DNA from: Candidatus Fraserbacteria bacterium
GTDB lineage: Bacteria; Bipolaricaulota; Bipolaricaulia; RBG-16-55-9; DRXL01
DNA length: 64,000 nt
Assembly: GCA_947085185.1 (NCBI GenBank)
Contig: CAMTVK010000002.1
Span: 1 to 64,000 of the forward strand
Reading direction: 5' to 3'
The first letter of the stretch is position 1. Every line of letters begins with the position of its first letter. This document shows positions 51,303-60,461 of this stretch, in pieces. Position numbers and translations under genes: made by a program. The notes beneath the pieces are model-generated. The model was not told where the DNA came from. It worked only from the letters and a program-made list of their open reading frames with translations, and searched no databases.

Positions 51303-51452
51303 TTAGACTTCTTTGTGCAGCGTGTGCTTGCGACACCACTTGCAATACTTCTTCAGCTCCAGTTTATTCCGCACGTTCTTGGGGTTCTTGGTCGTATGAT
51401 AATTCCGGTGACGACAGACCGTACAGGCCAGCGTCACGTGTTCCTGCGGCAT
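51303..51452 (-). CDS. rpmG: 50S ribosomal protein L33 (Zn-binding form), missed by ORF track
   Basis: [49 protein letters not shown] with RBS AAGGAG. Confidence 0.95.
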   Translation of the reverse strand: MPQEHVTLACTVCRHRNYHTTKNPKNVRNKLELKKYCKWCRKHTLHKEV

Positions 51453-51462
51453 AATCGCTCCT

Positions 51463-52671
51463 TTACGCCAAGATCTTCGTGACCACGCCCGCGCCGACCG
51501 TGCGCCCCCCTTCGCGGATCGCGAAGCGCAACTGCTCCTCCATCGCGATGTGACTGATCAGCTCAGCTGTAATGCGCACGTTGTCCCCCGGCATGACCAT
51601 CTCGATTCCCGTGGGCAGGGTGACGACGCCGGTGACGTCGGTCGTGCGGAAGTAAAACTGTGGCTTATACCCGGAGAAGAACGGGCTATGGCGTCCGCCC
51701 TCATCCTTGGTGAGCGCATAGACTTCGGCTTCGAACTTCGTGTGCGGCGTGATCGACCCAGGAGCCGCTAAGACCATGCCGCGCTCGACCTCGTCTTTCT
51801 CAATGCCGCGCAGCAACACCCCGATGTTGTCCCCCGGCAGGGCCTCATCGAGGATCTTATTGAACATCTCCAAGCTGGTCGCCACGGTCTTGCGCGATTG
51901 GGGTCGCAGGCCAATGATCTCGACCTCCGCGCCCGGCGTGATGCGCCCGCGCTCCACGCGCCCCGTGACCACCGTGCCGCGCCCTTTGATCGAGAAGACG
52001 TCCTCGATCGCCATCAAGAACGGCTTGTCCACTTCGCGGACCGGCTCAGGAATATATTCGTCTATGGCCTTCATCAATTCCCAGATGCATTTGGTCGCTT
52101 CAGGATCGTTAGGGTTCTTATAGGCTGCCAGCGCCGAGCCTCGAATGACGGGGACCTTGTCGCCGGGGAATTTATACTTCGTCAACAGATCGCGAATCTC
52201 AACTTCCACTAAGTCAATGAGCTCGGGGTCGTCAACGACGTCTATCTTATTGAGAAAGACGACGATATAGGGCACGTTCACTTGGCGGGCCAAGAGCACG
52301 TGCTCCCGCGTCTGGGGCATGGGGCCTTCGGAGGCGTCCACGACCAAGATAGCCCCGTCCATCTGAGCCGCGCCGGTGATCATGTTCTTGACATAGTCAG
52401 CATGGCCGGGACAGTCAATATGCGCGTAGTGGCGTTTCTCCGTCTCGTACTCTACGTGGGAGATCGCAATGGTAAGAATCTTGGTGGGGTCGCGACGGCC
52501 TTGCTTCTCGCTGGCCTTGGCGACCTCATCGTAGGTACGAGCTCTGGCCATCCCCTTGGTCGCCAAAACTTCGGTAATGGCCGCGGTCAGGGTCGTCTTG
52601 CCGTGGTCAATGTGGCCGATCGTTCCAACGTTGACGTGCGGTTTCTTCCGCTCAAACTTGGGCTTTGCCAT
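51463..52671 (-). CDS. tuf: Elongation factor Tu
   Basis: [44 protein letters not shown]. Confidence 0.98.
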   Translation of the reverse strand: MAKPKFERKKPHVNVGTIGHIDHGKTTLTAAITEVLATKGMARARTYDEVAKASEKQGRRDPTKILTIAISHVEYETEKRHYAHIDCPGHADYVKNMITGAAQMDGAILVVDASEGPMPQTREHVLLARQVNVPYIVVFLNKIDVVDDPELIDLVEVEIRDLLTKYKFPGDKVPVIRGSALAAYKNPNDPEATKCIWELMKAIDEYIPEPVREVDKPFLMAIEDVFSIKGRGTVVTGRVERGRITPGAEVEIIGLRPQSRKTVATSLEMFNKILDEALPGDNIGVLLRGIEKDEVERGMVLAAPGSITPHTKFEAEVYALTKDEGGRHSPFFSGYKPQFYFRTTDVTGVVTLPTGIEMVMPGDNVRITAELISHIAMEEQLRFAIREGGRTVGAGVVTKILA

Positions 52672-52688
52672 ATATCCTCCTCCACTTG

Positions 52689-52760
52689 GGTATTGCTGTG
52701 CTGGCGTGCCGAAGTGCTGCTGTGGGCTGCAGCACAGCAATACCGCAGCACTTCTGCACC
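52689..52760. repeat. Octamer-periodic inverted repeat in tuf leader
   Basis: Two interleaved 15-nt complementary pairs: 52689-52703/52730-52744 (perfect) and 52706-52720/52745-52759 (one mismatch). Confidence 0.75.
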
Positions 52761-52810
52761 TTTCGGAACGTCTCTGAGCGACTGCTCCCTCACATTCTCA
52801 ACGTTCCGAC

Positions 52811-52885
52811 TGGAGCCCGCGACCGGAATCGAACCGGTGGCCTTTCCCTTACCAAGGGAACGCTCTACCTCTGAGCTACGCGGGC
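52811..52885 (-). tRNA. tRNA-Thr (GGT)
   Basis: GCCCGCG...TTGGTAA...GTTCGATT...CGCGGGCTCCA. CCA is encoded. Confidence 0.95.
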
Positions 52886-52934
52886 CGGCTCTCAACACTT
52901 CCCGTCCCGAGAAGGTCCCGCCCGTGAATACGCT

Positions 52935-52963
52935 ATTATAGACCAAAGTGTCGGCCAACGCAA
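52935..52963 (-). promoter_or_regulatory. Sigma70-type promoter for tRNA-Thr(GGT)-tuf operon
   Basis: TTGCGT-17-TATAAT. Confidence 0.65.
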
Positions 52964-52967
52964 ACAG

Positions 52968-53052
52968 TGCCGGGGGAGGGATTTGAACCCCCGAAGGCAC
53001 ACAGGCCAACGGATTTACAGTCCGTCCCGTTTGGCCGCTCCGGAACCCCGGC
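52968..53052 (-). tRNA. tRNA-Tyr (GTA)
   Basis: GCCGGGG...CTGTAAA, long variable arm, GTTCAAATC. No encoded CCA. Confidence 0.95.
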
Positions 53053-53072
53053 GACAACAATAATTTTACCGG

Positions 53073-53145
53073 AGCCGACGGCCGGAGTCGAACCGGCAAC
53101 CCACCGCTTACAAAGCGGTTGCTCTGCCGATTGAGCTACGTCGGC
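53073..53145 (-). tRNA. tRNA-Thr (TGT)
   Basis: GCCGACG...TTTGTAA...GTTCGACT...CGTCGGCT, followed by CCG. Confidence 0.95.
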
Positions 53146-53154
53146 GATCGCTTC

Positions 53155-53183
53155 ATTCTAGCGATTTTCACCCATCCTAGCAA
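53155..53183 (-). promoter_or_regulatory. Promoter for tRNA cluster
   Basis: TTGCTA-17-TAGAAT, 9 nt upstream of tRNA-Thr(TGT). Confidence 0.6.
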
Positions 53184-53214
53184 GCGCCCCCGCCCCTGTG
53201 ATACTATAGCCCCT

Positions 53215-54366
53215 ATGGAGTCAGAGTTCGCTGAGATTGCCCTCACAATCATAGTGATCTTGGGCGGCGCGAAAGTGTTTGCCGTGCTCCTAGAGCGCCT
53301 CGACCAAAGCCCTGTCGTCGGCGAGCTGCTTTTGGGAATGCTGCTGGGGCCATCTCTGATGGGGTGGCTCGATCCCAAAGACCCGATCTTGGCGTTTTTG
53401 GCTGAGATCGGGATCGTCGTGCTCGCGTTTTATTTGGGGCTTATTGCCGATTTGGATCGGCTCTTTCACGCGCGCACGTCTGCGGTGCGTGTGGCGCTGT
53501 TGGGGGTGCTCTGCCCCTTGGGGTTGGCCGCGCTCTATGGGCGAGCTCTAGGGCTCAATTGGGAGGTCGCGCTCTTTCTTGGCGCCGCGCTGACCGCTAC
53601 AAGCCTCGTCAAGAGTGGCCATCTGCTCTGGGAGACTCGAATATTTCATACGCTCACCGGCTCGATCATCCTCGGTGCGGCGTTGCTCGATGATCTGTTG
53701 GCTCTTTGGATGCTCGCAGGATTTCACTCATGGCTGACGGCGAGATCTTTTGAGTGGCTCGAGGTCGTCTTCGAAGGGGTGCTCTCCCTGGGGATATTGG
53801 GGGGAAGCTTAGTGGGAGGCGTGCGTCTGGCGCCTCGTCTCTTTCGCATTGTGGAGCGCCTGGAGCAGCGGGGGATGCTCATCGTCGTCTCGTTGATCTT
53901 TTGTCTTGTGCTGGCGGCGCTTGCCGAAAGCCTCGGGTTAGCTGTCGTAGTGGGGGCATTTGCTGCGGGCTTGATGCTCGAGTATATCCCGCAAGAGCGC
54001 CAGATCACCCGTCAGGTCGAAACGCTCGTCGATCTCTTTGTCCCGTTCTATTTTGTGAAAGCCGGGGCCTTGCTCAACCCTTGGGTCTTCGGTCAGGCCT
54101 CGGTGATCATTCACACCCTTGTGCTGCTGGTGCTTGCGTGTGTGGGCAAGCTGCTCAGCGGGCTGGGAGCCCAGCGGGGCACTCGATGGGCTGTGGGGGT
54201 GGGCATGATGCCGCGCGGAGAGGTGGGCTTGATCTTCGCGCTCTTTGGGCTGCAGAGCGGCATACTCACAGAGGAGCTCTATGCGATCTTCATTATGATC
54301 GTTCTGCTCACGACCGTTGCGACCCCGATCCTCTTGCGAGCTGTGCTTAAGAAGACCTCTTCTTGA
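53215..54366 (+). CDS. Cation:proton antiporter (CPA2/Kef family)
   Basis: VVGELLLG..LGP, ALTATS, AALLDD, P.YFV..G, GM.PRGE. Confidence 0.9.
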   Translation: MESEFAEIALTIIVILGGAKVFAVLLERLDQSPVVGELLLGMLLGPSLMGWLDPKDPILAFLAEIGIVVLAFYLGLIADLDRLFHARTSAVRVALLGVLCPLGLAALYGRALGLNWEVALFLGAALTATSLVKSGHLLWETRIFHTLTGSIILGAALLDDLLALWMLAGFHSWLTARSFEWLEVVFEGVLSLGILGGSLVGGVRLAPRLFRIVERLEQRGMLIVVSLIFCLVLAALAESLGLAVVVGAFAAGLMLEYIPQERQITRQVETLVDLFVPFYFVKAGALLNPWVFGQASVIIHTLVLLVLACVGKLLSGLGAQRGTRWAVGVGMMPRGEVGLIFALFGLQSGILTEELYAIFIMIVLLTTVATPILLRAVLKKTSS

Positions 54367-55612
54367 GCACGATCTCGTGGGGATGGGCGTAATAGAGCGT
54401 GTCGGCATCGAGGTTCTTGCGCACTAAACTTCCGGGGCCGATCTGGCAGCGCGGCCCGACTAACACCCCGGGCATGAGCATCGTGCAGATCCCTATGTGA
54501 GTATGGCGTCCCACGATAGCTCCGAGCTTATGCAGCCCAGTCTCAATGCGCTGCCCTTTGACCCACGGACGAATCGCTCCCCGGTCGTTTCTGACGTTCG
54601 CCGTCACCGTGCCCGCGCCGATCTTGACAGCTTCGTCGAAGATTGAGTCTCCGAAATACCCCGAGTGCGTCGAGCAGTCTCTCTGAAAGATCGAGCGGGC
54701 GACTTCGGCGTGGGCCCCGATCACCGTATGGGCTTCTAAGTTCGAATACTCTCGCACAAGCGAGCCCGTCCCGATCACACACTGATCCCCAACGTAGCAT
54801 GGTCCTTTGATGACCGCGTGCTCTAAGATTTTTACGTGCTCGCCGATCCAGACCGGTCCCTCAATGAGAGCGCTGGGGTGTATCTGGGCGCTGGACGCGA
54901 TCTGCTGCTCTGTAATATCTCTGTCCATTAAAAGCTGAGCTAACCGAAAGAGATCCCAAGGATACTTGAGCGTCGGCGGCTCTTCTAAAATCTTTACTAT
55001 GCGCACCAGGCCCTCGCGCATGAGCATTCTGAGAGCGTCTTCGAACGCATAGGGATGCTCGCTCACCCTCCGATAGCACTCAAAAAATCTCTTTGTGAGC
55101 AGATAGATCCCGACAAGGCGCGTTCGGCCGGGTTCGGTCCCCGGCTGGGGTTTTTCGATCAGATCTACAGCGCGATCACTGTCTATTTGGACGATCCCGT
55201 ACTCGTGCGGGCGGTCTGTGTCACAGCCGACGAGCACGGCATCGGCGCCGTCCGCTCTAGCTACGAGTTTGGGCAAGATCTCAGCGACGGTGACGTGCTG
55301 GGGGTTGATGATCAAGAAAGAATCGTGCAGCACAGATTCGGCTCTCGCTAGGGCATCGCCCATGCCGCGCGGCTCCTGCTGCACGACATACGAGAGCCTG
55401 ATGCCCAAGTTCGTGCCGTCCCCCAGCTGAGATTCAATGACTCTCGTAGGTGGCTGGACGATCACGATCTCAGTGATCTGAGCGCGCGCGAGGGCTTCGA
55501 GAGTATGCGCGATGATCGGGCGCCCCATGAGCCGAAAGAGGCTCTTGTGCCCGCCTTCGGCGAGCGGCCAAAATCGTGACGATTCTCCTGCAGCCAGAAT
55601 GACAGCTTGCAT
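54347..55612 (-). CDS. Bifunctional sugar-1-phosphate nucleotidylyltransferase/acetyltransferase (archaeal GlmU-like)
   Basis: AVILAAG...R..P, Q.EP.G.GDA, EKP, YPWDL, hexapeptide repeats, GAGT.TAN.R.D...KLGA. Confidence 0.85.
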   Translation of the reverse strand: MQAVILAAGESSRFWPLAEGGHKSLFRLMGRPIIAHTLEALARAQITEIVIVQPPTRVIESQLGDGTNLGIRLSYVVQQEPRGMGDALARAESVLHDSFLIINPQHVTVAEILPKLVARADGADAVLVGCDTDRPHEYGIVQIDSDRAVDLIEKPQPGTEPGRTRLVGIYLLTKRFFECYRRVSEHPYAFEDALRMLMREGLVRIVKILEEPPTLKYPWDLFRLAQLLMDRDITEQQIASSAQIHPSALIEGPVWIGEHVKILEHAVIKGPCYVGDQCVIGTGSLVREYSNLEAHTVIGAHAEVARSIFQRDCSTHSGYFGDSIFDEAVKIGAGTVTANVRNDRGAIRPWVKGQRIETGLHKLGAIVGRHTHIGICTMLMPGVLVGPRCQIGPGSLVRKNLDADTLYYAHPHEIVLKKRSS

Positions 55613-55675
55613 CGTCGGCTTTGAGTATAATACAAAGAGTTGCTCATGGCTATCTTTAAAGAAAAGGGGGCTGGC

Positions 55676-57538
55676 ATGCACACACGAAATCTATCGATCG
55701 GCATCGGCCTTTGGTTGCTCGCTTTGGTCTTTTGGTCTTTTGCTCTATGGGCGCTGCCCAACGAGATCGAGTACGCGATCTCAGCCCAGCTTGACGTAGC
55801 CAAAAATATTATCACAGGTACGGAGACGGTACGCTTCACGAACCATACGGGCACAGAGCTCAAAGAGCTCTACTTTCACGTGGTCCCCAATGCGTTCAAG
55901 CGCGGCGCCAACACGAAGTATCAGCAAGAGCTTCAACGCGCGGGCATCCCTCCACAACTCATCTATGCTTCGCCCAACGACGACGCATTTATGGAGATCA
56001 AGGGCGTCACAGCCCATGGGAGAGCGCTCGTCTTCTCTCTCGAAGACACGCTGATGCGCGTGATGCTGCCAGAACCCCTCGCTGACGGCCGGACCATTGA
56101 GCTTCAGATCGAGTTTATCAACGACTTACTAGAACCACCTCCTCAGGCTCTGTGGGCGGCCACGCTCGCTGTGCGCAGCGGCTATAGAGAGAGCACCTAT
56201 ACGGTAGCCCTGTGGTACCCCAAGCTCGTAGTCTACGATGCTGACGAGGGCTGGAATCTCGACAGATACAGTCTTCTTGGGGAGTTCTACGGCGATTTTG
56301 CCAATTATGACGTGCAATTGACGGTGCCGGCAAATTTTGTTGTCGGCAGTACCGGGGTCATTCTGAGCGAGACCGTGCAGGGGTCGCAAAAGCTCATTAC
56401 AGTGAGAGCCGAGCGCGTGCACGACTTTGCCTGGGTCGCCGGGCCGTCCTATCGCATCGAGGAGTCCGAGCTCCCTAACGGCACACGGCTGCGCGTGCTC
56501 TCGCTGGGACTGAATATGGCGCCCATAGCCGAGGACGCCGTGAAATTCTTTGCTGAGCGCTTCGGCCCCTATGCCTATCCCGTTGTCACCGTCGCCCAAG
56601 TGACGGTGGGTGGGGGCATGGAGTATCCGGGGATCGTGATGATCGCCGGAGGTTCAGCTTCAGAGATCACCCACGAGCTGGCGCACCAATGGTGGTACGC
56701 TGCGGTGGGCAACGACGAGATGGATGAAGCCTGGCTCGATGAAGCCTTCGCGACATTTTCCGAAGAGCTCTATCAGATCGAGCGGCGCGGCGCGCCCACC
56801 TCAAGACGGAGCTCGTATAACTTTCGCGAGCCGGGAATCCCCGTCCTGACCCGTGCCGATCAGTTTCCCTCTCTGTCTAGTTATGCTCGATCTGTCTACA
56901 CCAAGGGTTCTGGGGTCTTGTGGATGCTGCGCTGGGTGATAACCCCTGAAAACTTCGACAAAGTTTTGCGAGAGTACTACGCGCGCTTCACGTATAAGCA
57001 CGCGACCACCCCAGACTTCATCGCCGTCACGGAAGAAGTGAGCGGCCAAGAGCTGGACTGGTTTTTTGACATCTGGCTGCGCACAACAAAGACTTTAGAC
57101 TTTTCGCTGCCGCTGGGGAGCTGGCGCCAGCTAAAAGACGGCCAGATCGAAACCCGGCTCACCATTCTCCGTCGAGGGGAAGCGATCGCTCCTGTCAGAG
57201 TCGTCTTATACTTGCGCGACGGCACCACTCTCGAGACGCGTTGGGACGGGCAGCAGACTGTGTCAGAATTGATCTTCAAGAGCACTTCGGCTCCCGCCCG
57301 AGCTGAAATTGATCCCAATCACGACGTCTTGGAGGAGAATCGCGCCAACAACACCCTCACTTTCCCAGCATACGGAGCGCTCGATCTTGCATTTGACAAT
57401 CCCGTCTATTGCAGTTATAATCAGCTGGCAAGGGAGCTATGCGCGGGGAGGAGGCCGAAGAAAGAGCCCGCGACTTTCTGCAAGCCCACGGCTATGAGAT
57501 CATCGCGGAGCGCTATCGCTGGCGCGGCGGCGAGATAG
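55676..57538 (+). CDS. Secreted M1-family metallo-aminopeptidase
   Basis: Signal peptide, GGMEY, HELAHQWW...EAWLDE, Y.KG. Confidence 0.9.
   Translation: MHTRNLSIGIGLWLLALVFWSFALWALPNEIEYAISAQLDVAKNIITGTETVRFTNHTGTELKELYFHVVPNAFKRGANTKYQQELQRAGIPPQLIYASPNDDAFMEIKGVTAHGRALVFSLEDTLMRVMLPEPLADGRTIELQIEFINDLLEPPPQALWAATLAVRSGYRESTYTVALWYPKLVVYDADEGWNLDRYSLLGEFYGDFANYDVQLTVPANFVVGSTGVILSETVQGSQKLITVRAERVHDFAWVAGPSYRIEESELPNGTRLRVLSLGLNMAPIAEDAVKFFAERFGPYAYPVVTVAQVTVGGGMEYPGIVMIAGGSASEITHELAHQWWYAAVGNDEMDEAWLDEAFATFSEELYQIERRGAPTSRRSSYNFREPGIPVLTRADQFPSLSSYARSVYTKGSGVLWMLRWVITPENFDKVLREYYARFTYKHATTPDFIAVTEEVSGQELDWFFDIWLRTTKTLDFSLPLGSWRQLKDGQIETRLTILRRGEAIAPVRVVLYLRDGTTLETRWDGQQTVSELIFKSTSAPARAEIDPNHDVLEENRANNTLTFPAYGALDLAFDNPVYCSYNQLARELCAGRRPKKEPATFCKPTAMRSSRSAIAGAAAR
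57393..57421 (+). promoter_or_regulatory. Perfect consensus sigma70 promoter inside the aminopeptidase 3' end
   Basis: TTGACA-17-TATAAT upstream of yraN. Confidence 0.75.
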
Positions 57539-57774
57539 ATCTCATCGCGCGCGATGGAAACTTTTTAGTCTTTATTGAAGTGCGCTCGCGCTCGAAAGAG
57601 CTCTTCGGCCTGCCCGAAGAGACGGTCAATCACGCAAAGCGCCACAAGATCCTTCTCACGGCACAGCATTATCTAGCTCGCTACCCTACTCATCTTGATG
57701 TGCGTTTTGACGTCGTGGCGCTTTCTGGGGGGCAGTTGCGTCTATATAAAGACGCGTTCCGAGCCAATAGTTGA
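57439..57774 (+). CDS. yraN: YraN-family (UPF0102) protein
   Basis: GE.AE..A...L...G, GEIDLIA, LVFIEV, RFDVV. Confidence 0.92.
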   Translation: MRGEEAEERARDFLQAHGYEIIAERYRWRGGEIDLIARDGNFLVFIEVRSRSKELFGLPEETVNHAKRHKILLTAQHYLARYPTHLDVRFDVVALSGGQLRLYKDAFRANS

Positions 57775-57795
57775 ATCAACGAGGAGGTGCAGTCT

Positions 57796-59250
57796 ATGCA
57801 GGAGCGCATGAGTCGGCGTGCCTTCTTGAAGGCGCTCGGTGTTGGGGCTGGTATCGTGGCTGTGAGCGGGGCACTTGGCTGGGGGCAACCCGCCCCCATG
57901 AAAGTCGGGCTGATCGGACCGATCAATCTCTTAGACGTCGGCAGAGCGATGGTGCGCGGGGCGCAGTTGGCCGTTGATGAGATCAATGATCTTGTGAGCG
58001 CAGGGAAGCTCCCGCCGCCCAAGATCACTATAGACGGTCTCGTCCGAGATGACCAAGTCCTGCGGGGGGATGTGGCCCGGGCAGCGTTTGAAGAGCTTGC
58101 AGCGCTCGGAGCAATAGCCATCATCGGGGGCTTCATAGACGAGACGGTCGCCGCCATGCTGCCCTCGATGGCCCGATTGAGAAAGCCCTATCTCGATACA
58201 GGCTCTAGTAGCCCAGAGTTCAACAAGCTCGTCAAGGAGAAGTACGATCAGTACAAATATTATTTTCGAGTGATGATCAATGACAACGTCATGGGGCAAG
58301 ATATCGGGACCATGGCCCAGGGGCTGATGCTGCAAGAGATGGGGATGCAAAGAGTCGCGCTGGTCGCGGAGAGCAGCGCCTTTGGGCAGAGTCTCGCGCG
58401 GATCCTCCAAGAGCGCCTCACTCAAGCCGGCCTGCAGCTTGTCAAGGTCTTCAGCTTCCCCCTGCAAAGCCCAGACTTCGCGTCGATCCTGCAACAAGTG
58501 AACGATACTATCTATACTCACGATGTCGATGCCATGATGCTCGTGCTCGCGTTCGATCCGGGGATCTCGCTGGTGGGCCAAGCCTACGAGATGAAGCTCG
58601 ATATGCCCATCATCGGGATCAATGGGGAGGGGCAATCGTTCGAGTACTGGAAGAACACGGGCGGGCGCGTCATGGGGCATACATACGTAGATGTCGCCAC
58701 CGGCGAGACCCCGATCACCCCCAAGACACGCCCGTTCTATCACGCGTATGTCGAGCGCTTTGGGGATTCTGCGCCGTCGCGCCCGCTCTTTACGGCTTTT
58801 ACTACGTATGATGCGTTCTTTATCTTGAAGGGCGCCATCGATCGCGCTGGGAGCACCGATCCCGACAGGATCGTCGCCGAGCTGGAGAAGACAGATTACG
58901 TTGGCACCGTAGGACGAATTCAATTTAGAGACCGGAACGATCCCTACCCCCATGAGCCGATCTATGATCCGGCGTTCGTCGTGGCCAAATGGGTCTTGTG
59001 GACGACAACCGCGAAGAACCCACTCGATCCCAAGGCCCAGCCGGTGCGCGTCGTGGTCTGGCCTCCGCAGTTCCGTCTTAAGGCCGACCCTCAGGGCAAT
59101 CCCGTCAGCATCGCCACCTGCATCAGCAAAGCGTGCGAAGAGTATCGCAAGAGCGTGGCAGCGTGGAAGCAGCAGGGCAAGCCCAAAGGTGGTCGCTTCG
59201 CGGCGTGGCACACGTGGGCACGCACAATCGCCCAGTGCTTTACAAGCTAA
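57796..59250 (+). CDS. Tat-exported ABC transporter substrate-binding protein (LivK/type 1 fold)
   Basis: SRRAFLK twin-arginine signal, GA.LAVDEIN, YYFR, YDA...L..AI.RAGSTD. Confidence 0.85.
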   Translation: MQERMSRRAFLKALGVGAGIVAVSGALGWGQPAPMKVGLIGPINLLDVGRAMVRGAQLAVDEINDLVSAGKLPPPKITIDGLVRDDQVLRGDVARAAFEELAALGAIAIIGGFIDETVAAMLPSMARLRKPYLDTGSSSPEFNKLVKEKYDQYKYYFRVMINDNVMGQDIGTMAQGLMLQEMGMQRVALVAESSAFGQSLARILQERLTQAGLQLVKVFSFPLQSPDFASILQQVNDTIYTHDVDAMMLVLAFDPGISLVGQAYEMKLDMPIIGINGEGQSFEYWKNTGGRVMGHTYVDVATGETPITPKTRPFYHAYVERFGDSAPSRPLFTAFTTYDAFFILKGAIDRAGSTDPDRIVAELEKTDYVGTVGRIQFRDRNDPYPHEPIYDPAFVVAKWVLWTTTAKNPLDPKAQPVRVVVWPPQFRLKADPQGNPVSIATCISKACEEYRKSVAAWKQQGKPKGGRFAAWHTWARTIAQCFTS

Positions 59251-60455
59251 ATGATCTCAAAGCACAATACGAGCGCTATCGGCAGCTCATCGCTTCGGAG
59301 CCTCTGCCCTTGGCGCTCGTGGACTTAGACGCCCTCGATCATAATATCGAGGTGCTTCTCGCTGACGTGCGCCGGCACGGCAAGACCCTAAGACTTGCGT
59401 CGAAGTCCGTGCGCTGTCTCTGGCTGCTCAAATATATCACAGAGAAGAGCCAGGGGACGATCCGGGGTATTCTCAGCTATAGCGTCGCCGAAGCGGCGTT
59501 CTTGGCTGAGCACGGCTTCACAGATATCTTGGTCGCCTACCCCACGGTGCAGCCGTCGGACTGTCAGGTACTGGCGCAGCTCAACGGCCCGACTCAGCGA
59601 GTCGCGATCGTGGTAGACTCTGAAGATCATCTTCAAGCGTTGCGCGGTACGCCGGAGCGTCCCATCCCCGTCGTGATTGAGCTTGATCTGTCGTATCGTC
59701 CGTTGGGCGGGCGAGTGCATCTTGGGGCGCGGCGCAGCCCGCTGCGCTCCCCAGAAGCTGTGTTACAGCTTGCCCGAAAGATCGCACAGCGAGCGGATCT
59801 TAAGTTCTTGGGCGTAATGGGCTATGAAGCCCAGATCGCCGGTGTTGGCGAGAGCACCCCGTTCTCGCCCCTGCTCAATCCCGCGCGCAAGCTCATAAAA
59901 AAGCTTTCACGGCCCGCCGTCGCTCAGATGCGCCAGAGAGTAGCGGAGCTTCTGTGCCAGCACGGTTTTTCTGTGGAAGTCTTCAACGGCGGGGGCACGG
60001 GGAGCGTGGCGTTTGCCAGCGCTGAACCAGCTCTCACCGAAGTGACGGCGGGCTCGGGATTTTTATGCAGCCATCTCTTCGATTATTACTCGCACTTAAC
60101 GCTCAAGCCTGCGATCTTCTTTGCCCTGCAAGTCGTGAGGAGCTCTGACCCTGGGTTTGTGACGTGTCATGGGGGCGGGTATATTGCGTCGGGGCAGGCG
60201 GGAGCAGATCGTCTGCCCGTGCCGTATCTGCCGCCGGGGCTAAAGCTGACGGCGCTTGAGGGTGCCGGCGAGGTGCAAACTCCGTTGCGCGTCCCCAAGG
60301 GCGTGACGCTGCGCCCGGGAGATCCCGTCTTCTTCCGTCATGCCAAGGCCGGCGAGCTCGCCGAGCATTTTCACGAATATCTTATAGTTCGGGGCACACA
60401 GATCGTGACGAAAGCCCCGACCTATCGGGGCATGGGCCAATGTTTCCTAGGGTGA
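59235..60455 (+). CDS. PLP fold-III amino acid deaminase/aldolase (DSD1/alanine racemase N-terminal domain)
   Basis: LRLASKSVR, GVMGYEAQIAG, NGGGTGS, EVTAGSG, EGAGEVQTP, FRHAKAGE. Start uncertain. Confidence 0.82.
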   Translation: MLYKLNDLKAQYERYRQLIASEPLPLALVDLDALDHNIEVLLADVRRHGKTLRLASKSVRCLWLLKYITEKSQGTIRGILSYSVAEAAFLAEHGFTDILVAYPTVQPSDCQVLAQLNGPTQRVAIVVDSEDHLQALRGTPERPIPVVIELDLSYRPLGGRVHLGARRSPLRSPEAVLQLARKIAQRADLKFLGVMGYEAQIAGVGESTPFSPLLNPARKLIKKLSRPAVAQMRQRVAELLCQHGFSVEVFNGGGTGSVAFASAEPALTEVTAGSGFLCSHLFDYYSHLTLKPAIFFALQVVRSSDPGFVTCHGGGYIASGQAGADRLPVPYLPPGLKLTALEGAGEVQTPLRVPKGVTLRPGDPVFFRHAKAGELAEHFHEYLIVRGTQIVTKAPTYRGMGQCFLG

Positions 60456-60461
60456 TCGTCT

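Noticed and set aside
52672..52740. N-terminal extension of EF-Tu in the ORF track
   Set aside because: The strong SD and canonical MAKPKF start place the start at 52671. The extension is the repeat region.
57931..59211. 426-aa antisense ORF within the SBP gene
   Set aside because: Same codon-bias shadow effect, and no recognisable domain.
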